Source of the DNA: Bacillota bacterium | Lineage (GTDB): Bacteria; Bacillota; Clostridia; Tissierellales; Tissierellaceae | NCBI GenBank assembly: GCA_023388495.1 | Contig: JAEWGC010000039.1 | Location: forward strand, 51,304-115,303 | Reading direction: 5' to 3' | DNA length: 64,000 nt | In this document: one piece after another, positions 34,846 through 46,421 of the stretch | How the letters are laid out: each line of letters starts with the position of its first letter | How positions within the stretch are numbered: the stretch's first letter is position 1 | Notes under the pieces: generated by a model | What the model saw: the letters and a program-made list of their open reading frames with translations, nothing else | Databases searched by the model: none | Told to the model about the DNA's origin: nothing | Translations under genes and position numbers: made by a program

Positions 34846-35982
34846 ATGAAAGAATTATCATTATATATCCATATACCTTTTTGTGTAAGCAAATGTTATT
34901 ATTGTGATTTTTCATCCTTTGCCAATAAGAGTAATATAATTGATGATTATATAAATTGTCTAATGACAGAACTAAATTTATATAAGGAAAAAATAAAGGA
35001 CTATAGTATAAGAACTATATTTATTGGTGGTGGAACACCGTCATGTATAGATGAAAAATATATCCATAAAATACTTGAATTTATATACAAAAACTTCAAT
35101 ACTACTGAATTAGTGGAAGTTACAATAGAGGCTAATCCAGGTACATTATATAGGGAAAAGGTAAATCTATATAAGAATGCTGGTATAAATAGGGTAAGTA
35201 TGGGAGTACAAACTCTAGACAATGATTTACTTAAATCTATAGGGCGAATACACAATGTCCATGATTTTTATAGGAGTTATGAAATTCTAAGGGAAGAAAA
35301 TATAAAGAATATAAATGTTGATTTAATATTTGGATTACCTAATCAGACTTTAGATCATGTGTTAGATTCATTAAACAAGGTAATTCAACTTAAGGTGGAG
35401 CATATCTCATACTATGGTCTTATATTAGAAAAGGGAACAAGACTTTATAAATTATATAATGATGGCAAAATAGCTTTGCCTGATGAGGATACAGAAAGAT
35501 TAATGTGCCATAAAGCCACAGAACATTTAGTAAATCATGGCTATAATCACTATGAAATATCTAATTATGCATTACCAAATTATGAATGTAAACATAATTT
35601 AGTTTATTGGGAAGTGAAACCATATCTTGGAGTAGGATTAAGTAGTCATTCAAATATGAATGGAAAAAGATTTTGGAATACATCTAATATAGACATATAT
35701 ATTGAAAAGTTAAATAAACAGGTTTTACCAATAGAGGATGAAGAAATAATAAATAGAGAAACTGAAATAGGAGAGTTTTGTATTCTTGGACTTCGAAAAA
35801 TAGCAGGTATAAATAAGGCTGAGTTTTATAATAGATTTGGTGTAGAAATAGAAAGTATATATAAGGATATAATAAATAAACATATAGAAAATAGGCTAAT
35901 AATAAATGATGATAACTACATCAGACTGACTAAGAGGGGATTAGACTTATCAAATCTAGTTGAAATAGATTTTTTAAAGTAA
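34846..35982 (+). CDS. hemW: Radical SAM heme chaperone HemW (HemN-like)
   Basis: LYIHIPFCVSKCYYCDF radical-SAM cluster. Position between lepA and hrcA. Confidence 0.85.
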   Translation: MKELSLYIHIPFCVSKCYYCDFSSFANKSNIIDDYINCLMTELNLYKEKIKDYSIRTIFIGGGTPSCIDEKYIHKILEFIYKNFNTTELVEVTIEANPGTLYREKVNLYKNAGINRVSMGVQTLDNDLLKSIGRIHNVHDFYRSYEILREENIKNINVDLIFGLPNQTLDHVLDSLNKVIQLKVEHISYYGLILEKGTRLYKLYNDGKIALPDEDTERLMCHKATEHLVNHGYNHYEISNYALPNYECKHNLVYWEVKPYLGVGLSSHSNMNGKRFWNTSNIDIYIEKLNKQVLPIEDEEIINRETEIGEFCILGLRKIAGINKAEFYNRFGVEIESIYKDIINKHIENRLIINDDNYIRLTKRGLDLSNLVEIDFLK

Positions 35983-36005
35983 ATAAACATTTTTGGTAAA
36001 AAGTA

Positions 36006-36034
36006 TTGACAAAATTTAGAGATAGTGGTAACTT
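36006..36034 (+). promoter_or_regulatory. Promoter of the hrcA-grpE-dnaK-dnaJ operon
   Basis: TTGACA (36006-36011), 17 nt, then TAACTT. Confidence 0.5.
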
Positions 36035-36047
36035 TAAATCGTAAGCA

Positions 36048-36074
36048 TTAGCACTCAGTGACATAGAGTGCTAA
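36048..36074. promoter_or_regulatory. CIRCE operator (HrcA binding site)
   Basis: TTAGCACTC-N9-GAGTGCTAA, a perfect match to the CIRCE consensus. Confidence 0.95.
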
Positions 36075-36117
36075 TAAAACTATCTAGTATTTGGAAATTT
36101 TATTGAGGTGATAAAAT

Positions 36118-37170
36118 ATGCTAGATGATAGAAAACTTAGAGTTCTTTATGCGATTATTAACTCCTATATAAATAGTGCAGAGCCAATAGGCTCTAGAAC
36201 AATAACTAAGCAATATGATTTGGGTGTGAGCTCAGCAACTATAAGAAATGAAATGTCTGATTTAGAGGAATTAGGATATTTAAATAAACCCCATTCATCT
36301 GCGGGAAGAATTCCCTCGGATAAGGCTTATAGACTATATGTAAATGAAATCTTAAAAAACAAGAAATCCAAAATAGATTTAACAAAAAAAGATGAAATAA
36401 AAAAAATATTAGCTAGTGAGTCTAGGGAAGTGGAGCAGCTATTACAAAACTCCGCAAAGGTATTATCTGCCATAACCAGCTATACTGCTCTTGCAATATC
36501 GCCACAATTAAAGGGTTCTAAAATAAAACATATTCAACTGATACCTATTGATAATTGGCAGATATTAATGGTTTTGGTTACTAATACAGGGATAGTTAAG
36601 AATTCTATATTTAGATTAAATAGAGAGATCCCTGAAGAGCAAATTACAGTAATGTCTAATTTATTAACTGATAAGCTAAAGGGCTTATCAGTAGATGAGA
36701 TAGATGAGAAGATATCAGATAATATTATTAGGGAAATATACGACTATAAAACTATTATAGATGGGATTATGCCTATAATAAATCAATCTATGGAAGATAT
36801 AGACAATGTTGATTTATATGCAGATGGGATAACAAAGATACTCAATTTCCCAGAATACAAGGATTTGGAAAAGGCTAAATCTTTTATATCCTTTATAGAA
36901 GATAAGGATTTAGTAGTAGATCTTTTACTGAACAATTCATTATCTCAAGATATAGAAATAACCATTGGTAATGAAAATATTTATGATCCTATAAAGGATT
37001 GTAGTATCATAACAACTACTTATAAGCTAGGGGATATGACCATAGGAAAGATCGGAATAATCGGTCCTACAAGAATGGATTATTTAAAGCTTATAAATAC
37101 TTTGCATTTATTCTCTGTAAATATGACAGAGATTATAAATATGTTAATGAGTAAAGGTATAACAAAGTAA
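36118..37170 (+). CDS. hrcA: Heat-inducible transcription repressor HrcA
   Basis: LDDRKLRVLYAIINSYINSAEPIGSRTI... Located next to CIRCE and upstream of grpE. Confidence 0.9.
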   Translation: MLDDRKLRVLYAIINSYINSAEPIGSRTITKQYDLGVSSATIRNEMSDLEELGYLNKPHSSAGRIPSDKAYRLYVNEILKNKKSKIDLTKKDEIKKILASESREVEQLLQNSAKVLSAITSYTALAISPQLKGSKIKHIQLIPIDNWQILMVLVTNTGIVKNSIFRLNREIPEEQITVMSNLLTDKLKGLSVDEIDEKISDNIIREIYDYKTIIDGIMPIINQSMEDIDNVDLYADGITKILNFPEYKDLEKAKSFISFIEDKDLVVDLLLNNSLSQDIEITIGNENIYDPIKDCSIITTTYKLGDMTIGKIGIIGPTRMDYLKLINTLHLFSVNMTEIINMLMSKGITK

Positions 37171-37194
37171 TCATAAGATCTAAGAGGTGATTTA

Positions 37195-37731
37195 ATGAAA
37201 AACAATAATGAGGGAAACAAAGAAAATCCTGATTTAATGGAAGATAATATCTGTGAGGAACATCCTGAGGATTTAAGTGAAAATCAAGACAATGTATTGG
37301 ACTCAAAAGATAGAGAACTTGAGGAATTAAATAATAAGTTATTGAGACTTCAAGCTGATTTCCTAAATTTCAAGAAGAGAGCAGAAAAAGAAAAAGAAAG
37401 CACTATTTCCTATGCACTAGAATCCTTTGTATGTAGTCTATTACCTATAATAGACAACTTCCAAAGGGCTATGGAATCTGAAGAAGATAAGGAAGACAAT
37501 TTTTACAAAGGAATAGAAATGATATACCAGCAGTTAATAAAGGTTCTCAATGAAAATGGCATTGAAGAAATCAAGTGTTTAGGAAAAGATTTTGATCATA
37601 ACTTCCACCATGCAGTATTTATGGAAGAATCAGATGAATATGAAGCAGGCAAGATAACAGAAGTTTTACAAAGAGGATATAAACTAAAGGATAGAGTTAT
37701 TAGACCATCAATGGTTAAAGTTGCAAAATAA
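37195..37731 (+). CDS. grpE: Nucleotide exchange factor GrpE
   Basis: LRLQADFLNFKKRAEKE signature and operon position. Confidence 0.9.
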   Translation: MKNNNEGNKENPDLMEDNICEEHPEDLSENQDNVLDSKDRELEELNNKLLRLQADFLNFKKRAEKEKESTISYALESFVCSLLPIIDNFQRAMESEEDKEDNFYKGIEMIYQQLIKVLNENGIEEIKCLGKDFDHNFHHAVFMEESDEYEAGKITEVLQRGYKLKDRVIRPSMVKVAK

Positions 37732-37753
37732 CATTTATTAAGGAGGAGTTTTT

Positions 37754-39571
37754 ATGGGAAAAATAATAGGAATTGACTTAGGTACTACAAATTCATGTGT
37801 TGCTGTTATGGAAGGTGGAGAACCTATAATTATACCTAATTTAGAGGGAAATAGAACAACACCATCTATAGTAGCATTTACTAAAGATGGAGAAAGACTT
37901 GTTGGAGAAACTGCAAAAAGACAGGCTATTACAAATCCAGATAGAACTATTAGTTCAATTAAGAGAAAAATGGGTTCAGACCATAAAGTAAATATAGATG
38001 GAAAAAACCATTCACCAGAAGAAATATCAGCTATGATTTTACAAAAAATTAAAATGGATGTTGAAAGCTACTTAGGCGAGACTGTTTCTGAAGCTGTAAT
38101 TACAGTACCAGCATATTTTACAGATAGCCAAAGACAGGCAACTAAGGATGCGGGAAAAATTGCAGGCCTTGAAGTAAAAAGAATTATTAATGAGCCAACA
38201 GCTGCAGCATTAGCATATGGAATGGATAAGGAGCACGGTCAACATAAGATAATGGTATTTGACCTTGGTGGTGGTACTTTTGACGTATCCATATTAGAAC
38301 TTGGAGACGGAGTATTTGAAGTACTGGCAACTCGTGGAAACAACCATCTAGGTGGAGACGATTTTGATGAAGCTTTAGTAAATTATATAGCAGAACAATT
38401 TAAGAAGGAAAATGGCATAGATTTAAAGCAAGATAAGATGAGCTTACAAAGATTAAAGGAAGCTGCAGAGAAGGCAAAGAAAGAGTTATCTTCTACTATG
38501 TCAACTAATATTAATTTACCATTTATTACTGCAACTCAAGCAGGTCCACTACATTTAAATATGGATATTACGAGAGCTAAATTTAATGAATTAACATCAT
38601 CCTTAGTAGATAATACATTAGAGCCAGTTAGAGAGGCATTAAAGGATGCTGGATTACAAGCATCTGATATAGAAAAGGTTTTATTAGTTGGAGGTTCAAC
38701 AAGAATACCTGCAGTACAAGATGCAGTTAAAAAATTAATCGGAAGAGACCCACAAAAAGATATTAATCCAGATGAATGTGTTGCATTAGGTGCAGCTATT
38801 CAAGGTGGAGTACTTGCTGGAGAAGTTAAGGATATTCTTTTACTAGACGTTACACCTCTATCTCTTGGTATTGAGACTTTGGGTGGAGTAACTACTAGAT
38901 TAATTGAAAGAAATACTACTATACCAACTAAGAAGAGTCAAATATTTACAACGGCGGCAGATAATCAAACATCAGTAGATATTCATGTGCTACAAGGTGA
39001 GCGTCAAATGGCAAATGACAATACTACTTTAGGTAGATTCCAATTAACTGGATTACCACCGGCACAAAGAGGAATTCCACAAATAGAAGTAACTTTTGAT
39101 ATAGATGCTAACGGTATTGTAAATGTAAGTGCAAAGGATTTAGGTACAGGAAAAGAGCAAAGAATAACCATTACTGCATCAACTAAGCTTTCAGATGATG
39201 AAATAGAAAGAAAAGTAAAGGAAGCAGAAAGATTTGCAGAAGAAGATAAGAAGAAGAAAGAGACAATTGAAATAAGAAACAACGGAGATAACTTAGTTTA
39301 TCAGACTGAAAAAACTCTAAAAGAAGTAGAAGGAAAGATTTCAGCAGATGAGAAATCAAAAGTTGAAACTAAATTAGAAGAACTTAAGAAGTCACTAGAA
39401 GGCGACAATTACGATGAAATCAAGCAAAAAACTGAAGAGTTAACAGAAGTTTTCTACTCAATATCACAAAAAATGTATGATCAGGCTGGAGCAGGAGCTA
39501 ATCCAGGTGAAGGTTCCGGACCTAACGATGACGTAGTAGATGCAGACTATGAAGTGGTAGACGAAGACTAA
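37754..39571 (+). CDS. dnaK: Molecular chaperone DnaK (Hsp70)
   Basis: [25 protein letters not shown] and [14 protein letters not shown]. Confidence 0.98.
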   Translation: MGKIIGIDLGTTNSCVAVMEGGEPIIIPNLEGNRTTPSIVAFTKDGERLVGETAKRQAITNPDRTISSIKRKMGSDHKVNIDGKNHSPEEISAMILQKIKMDVESYLGETVSEAVITVPAYFTDSQRQATKDAGKIAGLEVKRIINEPTAAALAYGMDKEHGQHKIMVFDLGGGTFDVSILELGDGVFEVLATRGNNHLGGDDFDEALVNYIAEQFKKENGIDLKQDKMSLQRLKEAAEKAKKELSSTMSTNINLPFITATQAGPLHLNMDITRAKFNELTSSLVDNTLEPVREALKDAGLQASDIEKVLLVGGSTRIPAVQDAVKKLIGRDPQKDINPDECVALGAAIQGGVLAGEVKDILLLDVTPLSLGIETLGGVTTRLIERNTTIPTKKSQIFTTAADNQTSVDIHVLQGERQMANDNTTLGRFQLTGLPPAQRGIPQIEVTFDIDANGIVNVSAKDLGTGKEQRITITASTKLSDDEIERKVKEAERFAEEDKKKKETIEIRNNGDNLVYQTEKTLKEVEGKISADEKSKVETKLEELKKSLEGDNYDEIKQKTEELTEVFYSISQKMYDQAGAGANPGEGSGPNDDVVDADYEVVDED

Positions 39572-39580
39572 TAAAAGATA

Positions 39581-39620
39581 AAATTTATGAGCTAAATCAT
39601 TTGATTTAGCTCATAAATTT
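39581..39620 (+). terminator. Terminator/attenuator after dnaK
   Basis: 19-bp near-perfect inverted repeat aaatttatgagctaaatca / tgatttagctcataaattt. Confidence 0.7.
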
Positions 39621-39658
39621 GATATAATTGTATAAGCAAATTAAAGGTTGGTGAAAAA

Positions 39659-40777
39659 ATGAGGGATTACTATGAAGTCTTAGGTATAGGTAAAGATGCA
39701 TCAGAAGATGAAATAAAAAAAGCATATAGATCCTTAGCGAAAAAATATCATCCAGATTTAAATCCAGATAATAAGGAAGCTGAGACAAAATTCAAAGAAG
39801 CAAATCAAGCCTATGAAATACTAAGTGATCCAGAGAAAAGGTCTAGATATGATAGATATGGTCATGCAGGAGTAGATCCACAAGCAGGCGGCTATGGTGG
39901 AGGCTTTGGAGGTTTTGGAGATATCTTTGACGATATATTCGATATATTTGGTGGCGGAGGTTTTGGTAGGGAATCTAGGAGATCAGGTCCAGTAAGAGGT
40001 GCAGACTTAAGATATAATTTAAACCTAGAGTTTAAAGAAGCTGTCTTTGGAGTAGAAAAAGAAATACAAATTAGAAGAACAGAAAACTGTGAAACATGTA
40101 ACGGAACAGGAGCTAAACCAGGTACAGGAAAAGAAACTTGCTCTACATGTAAAGGTAGGGGAGAGGTAAGATATGCACAGCAAACTCCCTTTGGTCAATT
40201 TGTAAGGACATCTACCTGTGATGTATGTAATGGAACTGGTGAAATAATTAAAGATAAATGTAATTCTTGTGGAGGTACTGGTAAGGAAATAAAGACTAAG
40301 AAAATGAAAGTAAAGATTCCCGCAGGTGTAGACACTGGCTCTATTATCTCCATGAGAGGAGAAGGAGAATCAGGAGATAGAGGAGGACCTAGTGGAGATT
40401 TATATATTTATATAAATGTGGCTGAGGATCCAATTTTCAAGCGTATGGGCAATAATATATATTTAACAATACCTATTTCATTTACAGAAGCTGCCTTAGG
40501 TGCAGAAATAGAAGTACCAACTCTAGAAGGTATAACAAATTATACTATTGAAGAGGGAACCCAGACAGGAACAGAATTTAGGCTAAGAAACATGGGAGTT
40601 CCAAGTGTAAAGGGACATGGTAGAGGAGATTTATTCTTTACAGTTGAAATAAAGGTGCCAACTAAATTAACAGATAGACAAAAAGAATTATTAAGGGATT
40701 TTGCAAAGGAAACTGGAGAAAATATTAAGGAGCATAAAAAAGGTTTCTTTAATAAAGTTAAGGATGCCTTCAATTAA
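39659..40777 (+). CDS. dnaJ: Co-chaperone DnaJ
   Basis: J domain (YYEVLGI...KKYHPDLN), G/F region and four CxxCxGxG repeats. Confidence 0.97.
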   Translation: MRDYYEVLGIGKDASEDEIKKAYRSLAKKYHPDLNPDNKEAETKFKEANQAYEILSDPEKRSRYDRYGHAGVDPQAGGYGGGFGGFGDIFDDIFDIFGGGGFGRESRRSGPVRGADLRYNLNLEFKEAVFGVEKEIQIRRTENCETCNGTGAKPGTGKETCSTCKGRGEVRYAQQTPFGQFVRTSTCDVCNGTGEIIKDKCNSCGGTGKEIKTKKMKVKIPAGVDTGSIISMRGEGESGDRGGPSGDLYIYINVAEDPIFKRMGNNIYLTIPISFTEAALGAEIEVPTLEGITNYTIEEGTQTGTEFRLRNMGVPSVKGHGRGDLFFTVEIKVPTKLTDRQKELLRDFAKETGENIKEHKKGFFNKVKDAFN

Positions 40778-40804
40778 CAATCACTCTTAGGGTGATTGTT
40801 TTTA
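40776..40804 (+). terminator. Terminator after dnaJ
   Basis: aacaatcac-tcttagg-gtgattgtt followed by TTT. Confidence 0.7.
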
Positions 40805-40873
40805 GAATCATGGTGGTTTTTCCTTAAGTCTTAGGGTATAATTATTTTAGATTTTAAAAAAGGATGTGTATTT

Positions 40874-41806
40874 ATGAATTGGACAGAGGTTCAGATAAAG
40901 ACTACTGCCGAACTAGAAGAATTGGTATCAGGTATTTTATATGATGTTGGAGCTACAGGGCTTGCTATAGAAGATCCAAGAGATATATTAGAATTATCTC
41001 AAGTTGAAGGAAAATGGGATTTTGTAGATCCAATTTTAATAAATATGGATTTTGATGGAGTATTAATAAAAGCTTATTTTTCAGAAACAGATGATGTAGA
41101 AAATAAAGTTAAAGATATTGAAAAGAGAATTAAAGAAGATCCCATATTAAGTACAGAAAAACATGAGGTTAAAATAAGCGTCGTAGATGATAATGATTGG
41201 GCTGAATCTTGGAAAAAATACTATAAACCTATTAGAATTGGCGAAAGAATTTTAATTAAACCTTCTTGGGAAGAATGTACTCCAGAGGAAAACGATATAC
41301 TAATTGAGCTAGATCCAGGTATGGCTTTTGGAACTGGAACCCATGAGACTACTATGATGTGTACAGAAGCTCTTGAGAAACATGTAAAACCAGAAGACGT
41401 AGTATATGATATTGGTTGCGGTAGCGGTATACTTAGTATAGTTGCAGCAAAACTAGGAGCAGGAAAAGTTGTAGGAGTAGACTTAGATGAACTATGCGTA
41501 AAGGTATCTAATGAAAATATAAAATTAAACAATGTAGATAATATTATAGAGATTAAATTAGGAAATCTACTGGATGTAGTAGAAGGTAGGGCAGATATAA
41601 TAGTTTCTAATATAATAGCAGAGATAATTGCAGGAATGACTAAGGATTTAAAATCCTATTTAAACGATGGAGGTATATTTATTACATCGGGTATAATTGT
41701 AGAAAAAATCCATTTGGTGGAGAATGCCTTATTGGAAAATGGGTTTAAAATATTAGATATAAAAAGGCTAAATGGATGGGCTTGTATTATAGCTCAAAAT
41801 AATTAG
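40874..41806 (+). CDS. prmA: Ribosomal protein L11 methyltransferase
   Basis: DPGMAFGTGTHETT and DIGCGSGILSI motifs. Confidence 0.9.
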   Translation: MNWTEVQIKTTAELEELVSGILYDVGATGLAIEDPRDILELSQVEGKWDFVDPILINMDFDGVLIKAYFSETDDVENKVKDIEKRIKEDPILSTEKHEVKISVVDDNDWAESWKKYYKPIRIGERILIKPSWEECTPEENDILIELDPGMAFGTGTHETTMMCTEALEKHVKPEDVVYDIGCGSGILSIVAAKLGAGKVVGVDLDELCVKVSNENIKLNNVDNIIEIKLGNLLDVVEGRADIIVSNIIAEIIAGMTKDLKSYLNDGGIFITSGIIVEKIHLVENALLENGFKILDIKRLNGWACIIAQNN

Positions 41807-41816
41807 GTGAAGAAAT

Positions 41817-42560
41817 ATGCATAGATTTTTTGTTGGGAAAGAACAGATTACTGATGACCTAATAGAGATAGTTGGAACTGATGTAAAACACATAAAGGAT
41901 GTCATAAGGCTAAGACTTAAGGAAAAAATTGAAATTGCATCAGATGGTATTACTTATATCTGTGAAATAGAGTCTATACTAAAAGATAAAATCATTACAA
42001 GAATAATAGATAAAACTGAAGGTGTTAATGAGTCAGCCGTTGATATTATTCTATATCAAGGTCTTGCCAAAGGAAGCAAGATGGACTTAATCATACAAAA
42101 ATGTACAGAAGTGGGAGTAAAGGAGTTTTATCCTGTGGCAACTCATCGCTCTGTAGTAAAGATAAAAGATATAAAAAAAGAGCAATCTAAGGTAGAAAGA
42201 TGGAATAGTATAGCAGATGAAGCTGCAAAGCAGAGTAAAAGAGATATTCTTCCAAAGGTACAAAAGATTATTTCTTTTGATGAATTAATAGAAAAATTAA
42301 AGGATAAAGATAATATAATAGTTCCTTATGAAGATGAAGAAAATAAAACAATTAAAACAGGATTGAATAATATAAAGGGTAATAGTATACATTTAATTAT
42401 AGGACCTGAAGGTGGATTTGAGCCTAGTGAAATAGAAGACCTAAAAGACATAGGGGCAGATATAGTTACCCTAGGGTCTAGGATACTAAGGACTGAAACA
42501 GCAGGAATAGTTGCTGCTACAATAATACTTTATGAGCTTGGAGATTTGGGAGTGATTTAA
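41817..42560 (+). CDS. rsmE: 16S rRNA (uracil1498-N3)-methyltransferase RsmE
   Basis: MHRFFV start and IGPEGGF...LGSRILRTETA C-terminal SPOUT motif. Confidence 0.85.
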   Translation: MHRFFVGKEQITDDLIEIVGTDVKHIKDVIRLRLKEKIEIASDGITYICEIESILKDKIITRIIDKTEGVNESAVDIILYQGLAKGSKMDLIIQKCTEVGVKEFYPVATHRSVVKIKDIKKEQSKVERWNSIADEAAKQSKRDILPKVQKIISFDELIEKLKDKDNIIVPYEDEENKTIKTGLNNIKGNSIHLIIGPEGGFEPSEIEDLKDIGADIVTLGSRILRTETAGIVAATIILYELGDLGVI

Positions 42561-43855
42561 TGAACAAAGTAGCTTTCTATACCTTAGGATGTAAGGTAAA
42601 TCAATATGAAACTGAAGCTATGGAAGAAATATTTGAAAAGAATGGTTATGCTATTGTAAATAGTGAAGAGATAGCTGATATATATGTAATAAATACTTGT
42701 ACAGTTACAAATTTATCTGATAGAAAATCTAGACAATTTATATCTAGAGCAAAAAAATTAAATAAAGATGCTATAATTGCAGTTGTAGGATGCTATTCTC
42801 AAGTATCTCCTGATGAAGTATCTAAAATAGAAGGTGTAGATGTTGTAATCGGAACTACTGATAGAAATAGAATTCTAGAATTATGTGAAGAAGCAAAGGA
42901 AAAAAGTGAAAAGATTAATATTGTTAGGAATGTAAAGACGCAAAAAGAATTTGAGACTATTAATATAGATGATATAAAATCTAAAACAAGAGCTTATTTA
43001 AAAATACAAGATGGCTGTAATCAATTCTGCTCATATTGTATAATCCCATATGCAAGAGGGCCTATTAGAAGTCGGCAATTAGATGAAATAATTAATGAGA
43101 CTAAAAAGTTAGCCCATGCAGGATTTAAAGAAGTAGTATTGGCAGGGATCCATGTAGCATCTTATGGAAAAGATATAGATAAGATTCCATTGACTCAAGT
43201 TTTAGAGGAGGTAGGGAGTGTAGATGGTATAGAAAGAATTAGACTAAGCTCCTTGGAACCCACTTTAATTGATGAAGATTTTATGAAATCCATAGTAAGG
43301 ATTGGAAAAGTATGTGATCATTTTCATTTATCTTTACAATCGGGATCGGATTCAGTGCTAAAAAGAATGAATAGAAAATATAATACAAAAGAATATAAAA
43401 ACATTGTAAGTCTTATAAGAAAGTATATGCCTAACGCTGGAATTACAACAGATGTAATAGTAGGATTTCCAGGAGAAACAGAAGAGGAATTTAATGAAAC
43501 CTTAGAATTTGTTAAGGAAATCAATTTTTCTAGGATACATGTATTTAAATATTCGCCGAGAAAGGGAACACCAGCGGCTAAATATGAGAATCAGGTTGAT
43601 GGGAATGTTAAAAACCTTAGATCTGAGTCTTTAATATCTCTAGGTGAAGAACTGATGTTAAAATTCAATTCAAGATTTATAGATTCTACATTATCTGTAT
43701 TATTTGAAGAGGAAAGCAAGAAAGAAGAGGGTTATATAGAGGGATATACTACAAATTATATTAGGGTAAAGTCTAAAAAGGATTCTAATATGATTGGGCA
43801 GATAGTAGATGTAAGGATTAAGGAAATGAAAGATGATTTTTTACTTGGACAATAG
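42560..43855 (+). CDS. mtaB: tRNA (N6-threonylcarbamoyladenosine) methylthiotransferase MtaB (YqeV)
   Basis: MiaB-family N-terminal Cys triad and radical SAM CNQFCSYC. Position after rsmE. Confidence 0.85.
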   Translation: MNKVAFYTLGCKVNQYETEAMEEIFEKNGYAIVNSEEIADIYVINTCTVTNLSDRKSRQFISRAKKLNKDAIIAVVGCYSQVSPDEVSKIEGVDVVIGTTDRNRILELCEEAKEKSEKINIVRNVKTQKEFETINIDDIKSKTRAYLKIQDGCNQFCSYCIIPYARGPIRSRQLDEIINETKKLAHAGFKEVVLAGIHVASYGKDIDKIPLTQVLEEVGSVDGIERIRLSSLEPTLIDEDFMKSIVRIGKVCDHFHLSLQSGSDSVLKRMNRKYNTKEYKNIVSLIRKYMPNAGITTDVIVGFPGETEEEFNETLEFVKEINFSRIHVFKYSPRKGTPAAKYENQVDGNVKNLRSESLISLGEELMLKFNSRFIDSTLSVLFEEESKKEEGYIEGYTTNYIRVKSKKDSNMIGQIVDVRIKEMKDDFLLGQ

Positions 43856-43896
43856 ATGATTTTAATATAGAGAAGTAAGAAAATCATAGCAAGGAG

Positions 43897-44247
43897 GTGG
43901 AAGAATTGACTGATTGCATATTTTGCAAGATAGTTAAGGGGGAAATACCAAGCAACTTAATATATGAAGATGATAAGGTAGTAGCCTTTGAAGATATTAA
44001 TCCTCAGGCTCCAATCCATTACTTAGTGATTCCCAGGGAGCATATAAAGTCAGCAGCTGATATAAATGAAGATAATAAGGATTTAATAGGTCATATTTTC
44101 TTTATAGCATCTAAAATAGCGATGGAAAAGGGATTAGATCAAGGCTATAGAATAGTCAATAATTGTGGTATAGATGGAGGACAAACTGTAGACCATATTC
44201 ATTTTCATGTACTAGGAAAAAGGAAAATGTTATGGCCTCCAGGCTAA
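43897..44247 (+). CDS. hinT: HIT-family nucleotide hydrolase
   Basis: CIFCKI and the histidine triad DHIHFHVLG. Confidence 0.9.
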   Translation: MEELTDCIFCKIVKGEIPSNLIYEDDKVVAFEDINPQAPIHYLVIPREHIKSAADINEDNKDLIGHIFFIASKIAMEKGLDQGYRIVNNCGIDGGQTVDHIHFHVLGKRKMLWPPG

Positions 44248-44254
44248 ATATTAG

Positions 44255-44283
44255 TTGAAATATTTTAGATTATAATGTATAAT
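44255..44283 (+). promoter_or_regulatory. rpsU promoter
   Basis: TTGAAA, 17 nt (ending TG), then TATAAT. Confidence 0.55.
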
Positions 44284-44353
44284 AGTCTAGTGCAAAGCCC
44301 TTGTTGGGGATAGTATGAAGTACTCTTGCAGTAGAGAGAGGAGGGAGAAGTGG

Positions 44354-44536
44354 ATGTCAGAAATTAAGGTAGGAGAAAACGAATCTCTTGATAATGCGTT
44401 AAAAAGATTTAAAAGACAATGTGCACGTGCTGGCATTTTAGGTGAAGCTAGAAAGAGAGAACACTATGAAAAGCCAAGTGTAAAACGTAAAAAGAAATCC
44501 GAAGAAGCTAGAAGAAAGAAATTTTCTAAGTTTTAA
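44354..44536 (+). CDS. rpsU: 30S ribosomal protein S21
   Basis: [29 protein letters not shown]... ATG 44354 follows GAGGAGGGAG. The track ORF is over-extended upstream. Confidence 0.9.
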   Translation: MSEIKVGENESLDNALKRFKRQCARAGILGEARKREHYEKPSVKRKKKSEEARRKKFSKF

Positions 44537-44552
44537 TTGAGAAGGTGAATAA

Positions 44553-44996
44553 ATGTCCCTTAAAGAAAAACTTATGGAGGATTTAAAAGACTCCATGAAA
44601 TCTAAAGATACAATTAAAAAAAATACTATCACTATGGTAAGGGCAGCGATTAAACAAAGAGAAGTTGACGAAAGAATAGAATTATCCGAAGATGCCATAT
44701 TAGACATTATATCGAAGCAGCTAAAGGAAAAAAGAATGGCAATAGAGGAGTTTAAAAAAGGACAACGACAAGATTTAGTTGAACTGACAGAAAAAGAAAT
44801 AGAGATTCTCTTACAATATCTACCAAAACAACTTTCTGAAGAGGAAGTAGAAGAGATTGTAATTGAAACTATAAAAGAAATAAATGCCACATCTATGAAA
44901 GATATAGGTATTATAATGAAAGCTGTAATGCCAAAGGTAAAAGGTAGAACCGATGGCAATATTGTAAATAAAATAATAAAAAAAGTTTTTAATTAA
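44553..44996 (+). CDS. yqeY: GatB/YqeY domain protein
   Basis: LKEKLMEDLKDSMKSKD... is typical of YqeY. Follows rpsU as in Bacillus. Confidence 0.85.
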   Translation: MSLKEKLMEDLKDSMKSKDTIKKNTITMVRAAIKQREVDERIELSEDAILDIISKQLKEKRMAIEEFKKGQRQDLVELTEKEIEILLQYLPKQLSEEEVEEIVIETIKEINATSMKDIGIIMKAVMPKVKGRTDGNIVNKIIKKVFN

Positions 44997-45020
44997 CCTG
45001 GGTAAATGCCCAGGTTTTTT
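44997..45020 (+). terminator. Terminator after yqeY
   Basis: cctggg-taaatg-cccagg followed by T6. Confidence 0.8.
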
Positions 45021-45133
45021 GACATATCTATCTATAATTTATTAAATTGTTAGTTATTTTACAAATATATGGGTAATAGTATAATAAAGAGATATAAAGT
45101 AGTCTCTTAAATTCCTATAATGGGGGTGCTTAA

Positions 45134-46420
45134 ATGAAAAGAAGCAGGGCAATTATCATATTGGTATCTTTGTTAATCTTAATCTTATCAAACACAGTAT
45201 ATGGAGAAGCTGAGGGAGATGTGTATATTATCCCTATTAAAGACGAGATCAATAAAGCCACCTACAACTTTTTAAATCATACTATGGATAAGGTGATTAA
45301 GGAAAAACCTTCAGCAATTATATTTGAAATCAATACCTATGGTGGGTTGATTAATGAGGCAGAGAAAATAAAATCTTTAATAATATCTTCGCCTGTTCCC
45401 ACTATTGCCTATGTAAACAACAAGGCAGAATCTGCTGGAGTACTGATTACTATTGCAGCAGAAAAGGTAGTTATGTCAAACACAGCTACCATTGGTTCCG
45501 CAGAAACAATACCAAATACTGAAAAGGTACTTTCTATGTGGAGAAGTATTCTAAGAGATACAGCACAATATAGAGATAGAAATCCTGAAGTAATAGAAGC
45601 CATGGCAGATAAGGATATTGAAATTGAAGGTTTAGTAAAGAAGGGGAAATTAGCTAATTTAACTTCACAAGAAGCTCTTAAATATGGAATTGCTGATTTG
45701 GCTACAGATAATTATAATGATATACTAGATTATTTTAATCTTAGTAATGCAAATATACAAAGGATAGAAGAAAGCCTCCAAATAAAATTAGCTAAATATA
45801 TATCTAATCCTTATATAAGTAGCTTATTATTGACTATAGGTTTTATTGGATTAGTTGTTGAAATACTAACACCTGGATTTGGAATTGGTGGAACCATTAG
45901 TATAATAGGCTTTGGGTTATATTTTGGAGGAAATATTTTAGCCGGAAACTCTCATTGGACCTCTTTGATTTTATTTGTAACAGGTTTGATTCTATTAGTT
46001 ATAGAGGCGTTAGTTCCGGGCTTTGGACTTCCAGGAGTGAGTGGTATAATATTAGTATTAGTAGGTACAGTGTTGGCTATGGATTCACTAGGAGCAGCAG
46101 TATTATCCTTAAGTATTGCTATTATAATAACTACAATAGTGACCATAATATTAATAAAGATGGGTTTCAGAAGTAAAATGCTCAACAAAATTATATTAGA
46201 AACAGAGCATAAGGATGAAAAGGGATATTTATCTGTTGATTCTATGAATCAATATATAGACAAAGAAGGAACTACTATAACGGAGCTTCGCCCTGCTGGG
46301 TTTATAGAGATAGATGGAACAAAGCTAGATGCTTTATCAGATGGAGGCTTTATTCCAAAAAATTCGCATGTAAAGGTAGTAAGGGTTGAAGGCTCAAAAA
46401 TATTTGTGAGGGGGTTATAA
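45134..46420 (+). CDS. nfeD: NfeD-like membrane-bound ClpP-class serine protease (YqeZ)
   Basis: Signal sequence, a ClpP-like domain (NTYGGLI, AESAG), four TM helices and a C-terminal NfeD OB domain. Upstream of floA. Confidence 0.8.
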   Translation: MKRSRAIIILVSLLILILSNTVYGEAEGDVYIIPIKDEINKATYNFLNHTMDKVIKEKPSAIIFEINTYGGLINEAEKIKSLIISSPVPTIAYVNNKAESAGVLITIAAEKVVMSNTATIGSAETIPNTEKVLSMWRSILRDTAQYRDRNPEVIEAMADKDIEIEGLVKKGKLANLTSQEALKYGIADLATDNYNDILDYFNLSNANIQRIEESLQIKLAKYISNPYISSLLLTIGFIGLVVEILTPGFGIGGTISIIGFGLYFGGNILAGNSHWTSLILFVTGLILLVIEALVPGFGLPGVSGIILVLVGTVLAMDSLGAAVLSLSIAIIITTIVTIILIKMGFRSKMLNKIILETEHKDEKGYLSVDSMNQYIDKEGTTITELRPAGFIEIDGTKLDALSDGGFIPKNSHVKVVRVEGSKIFVRGL

Positions 46421-46421
46421 T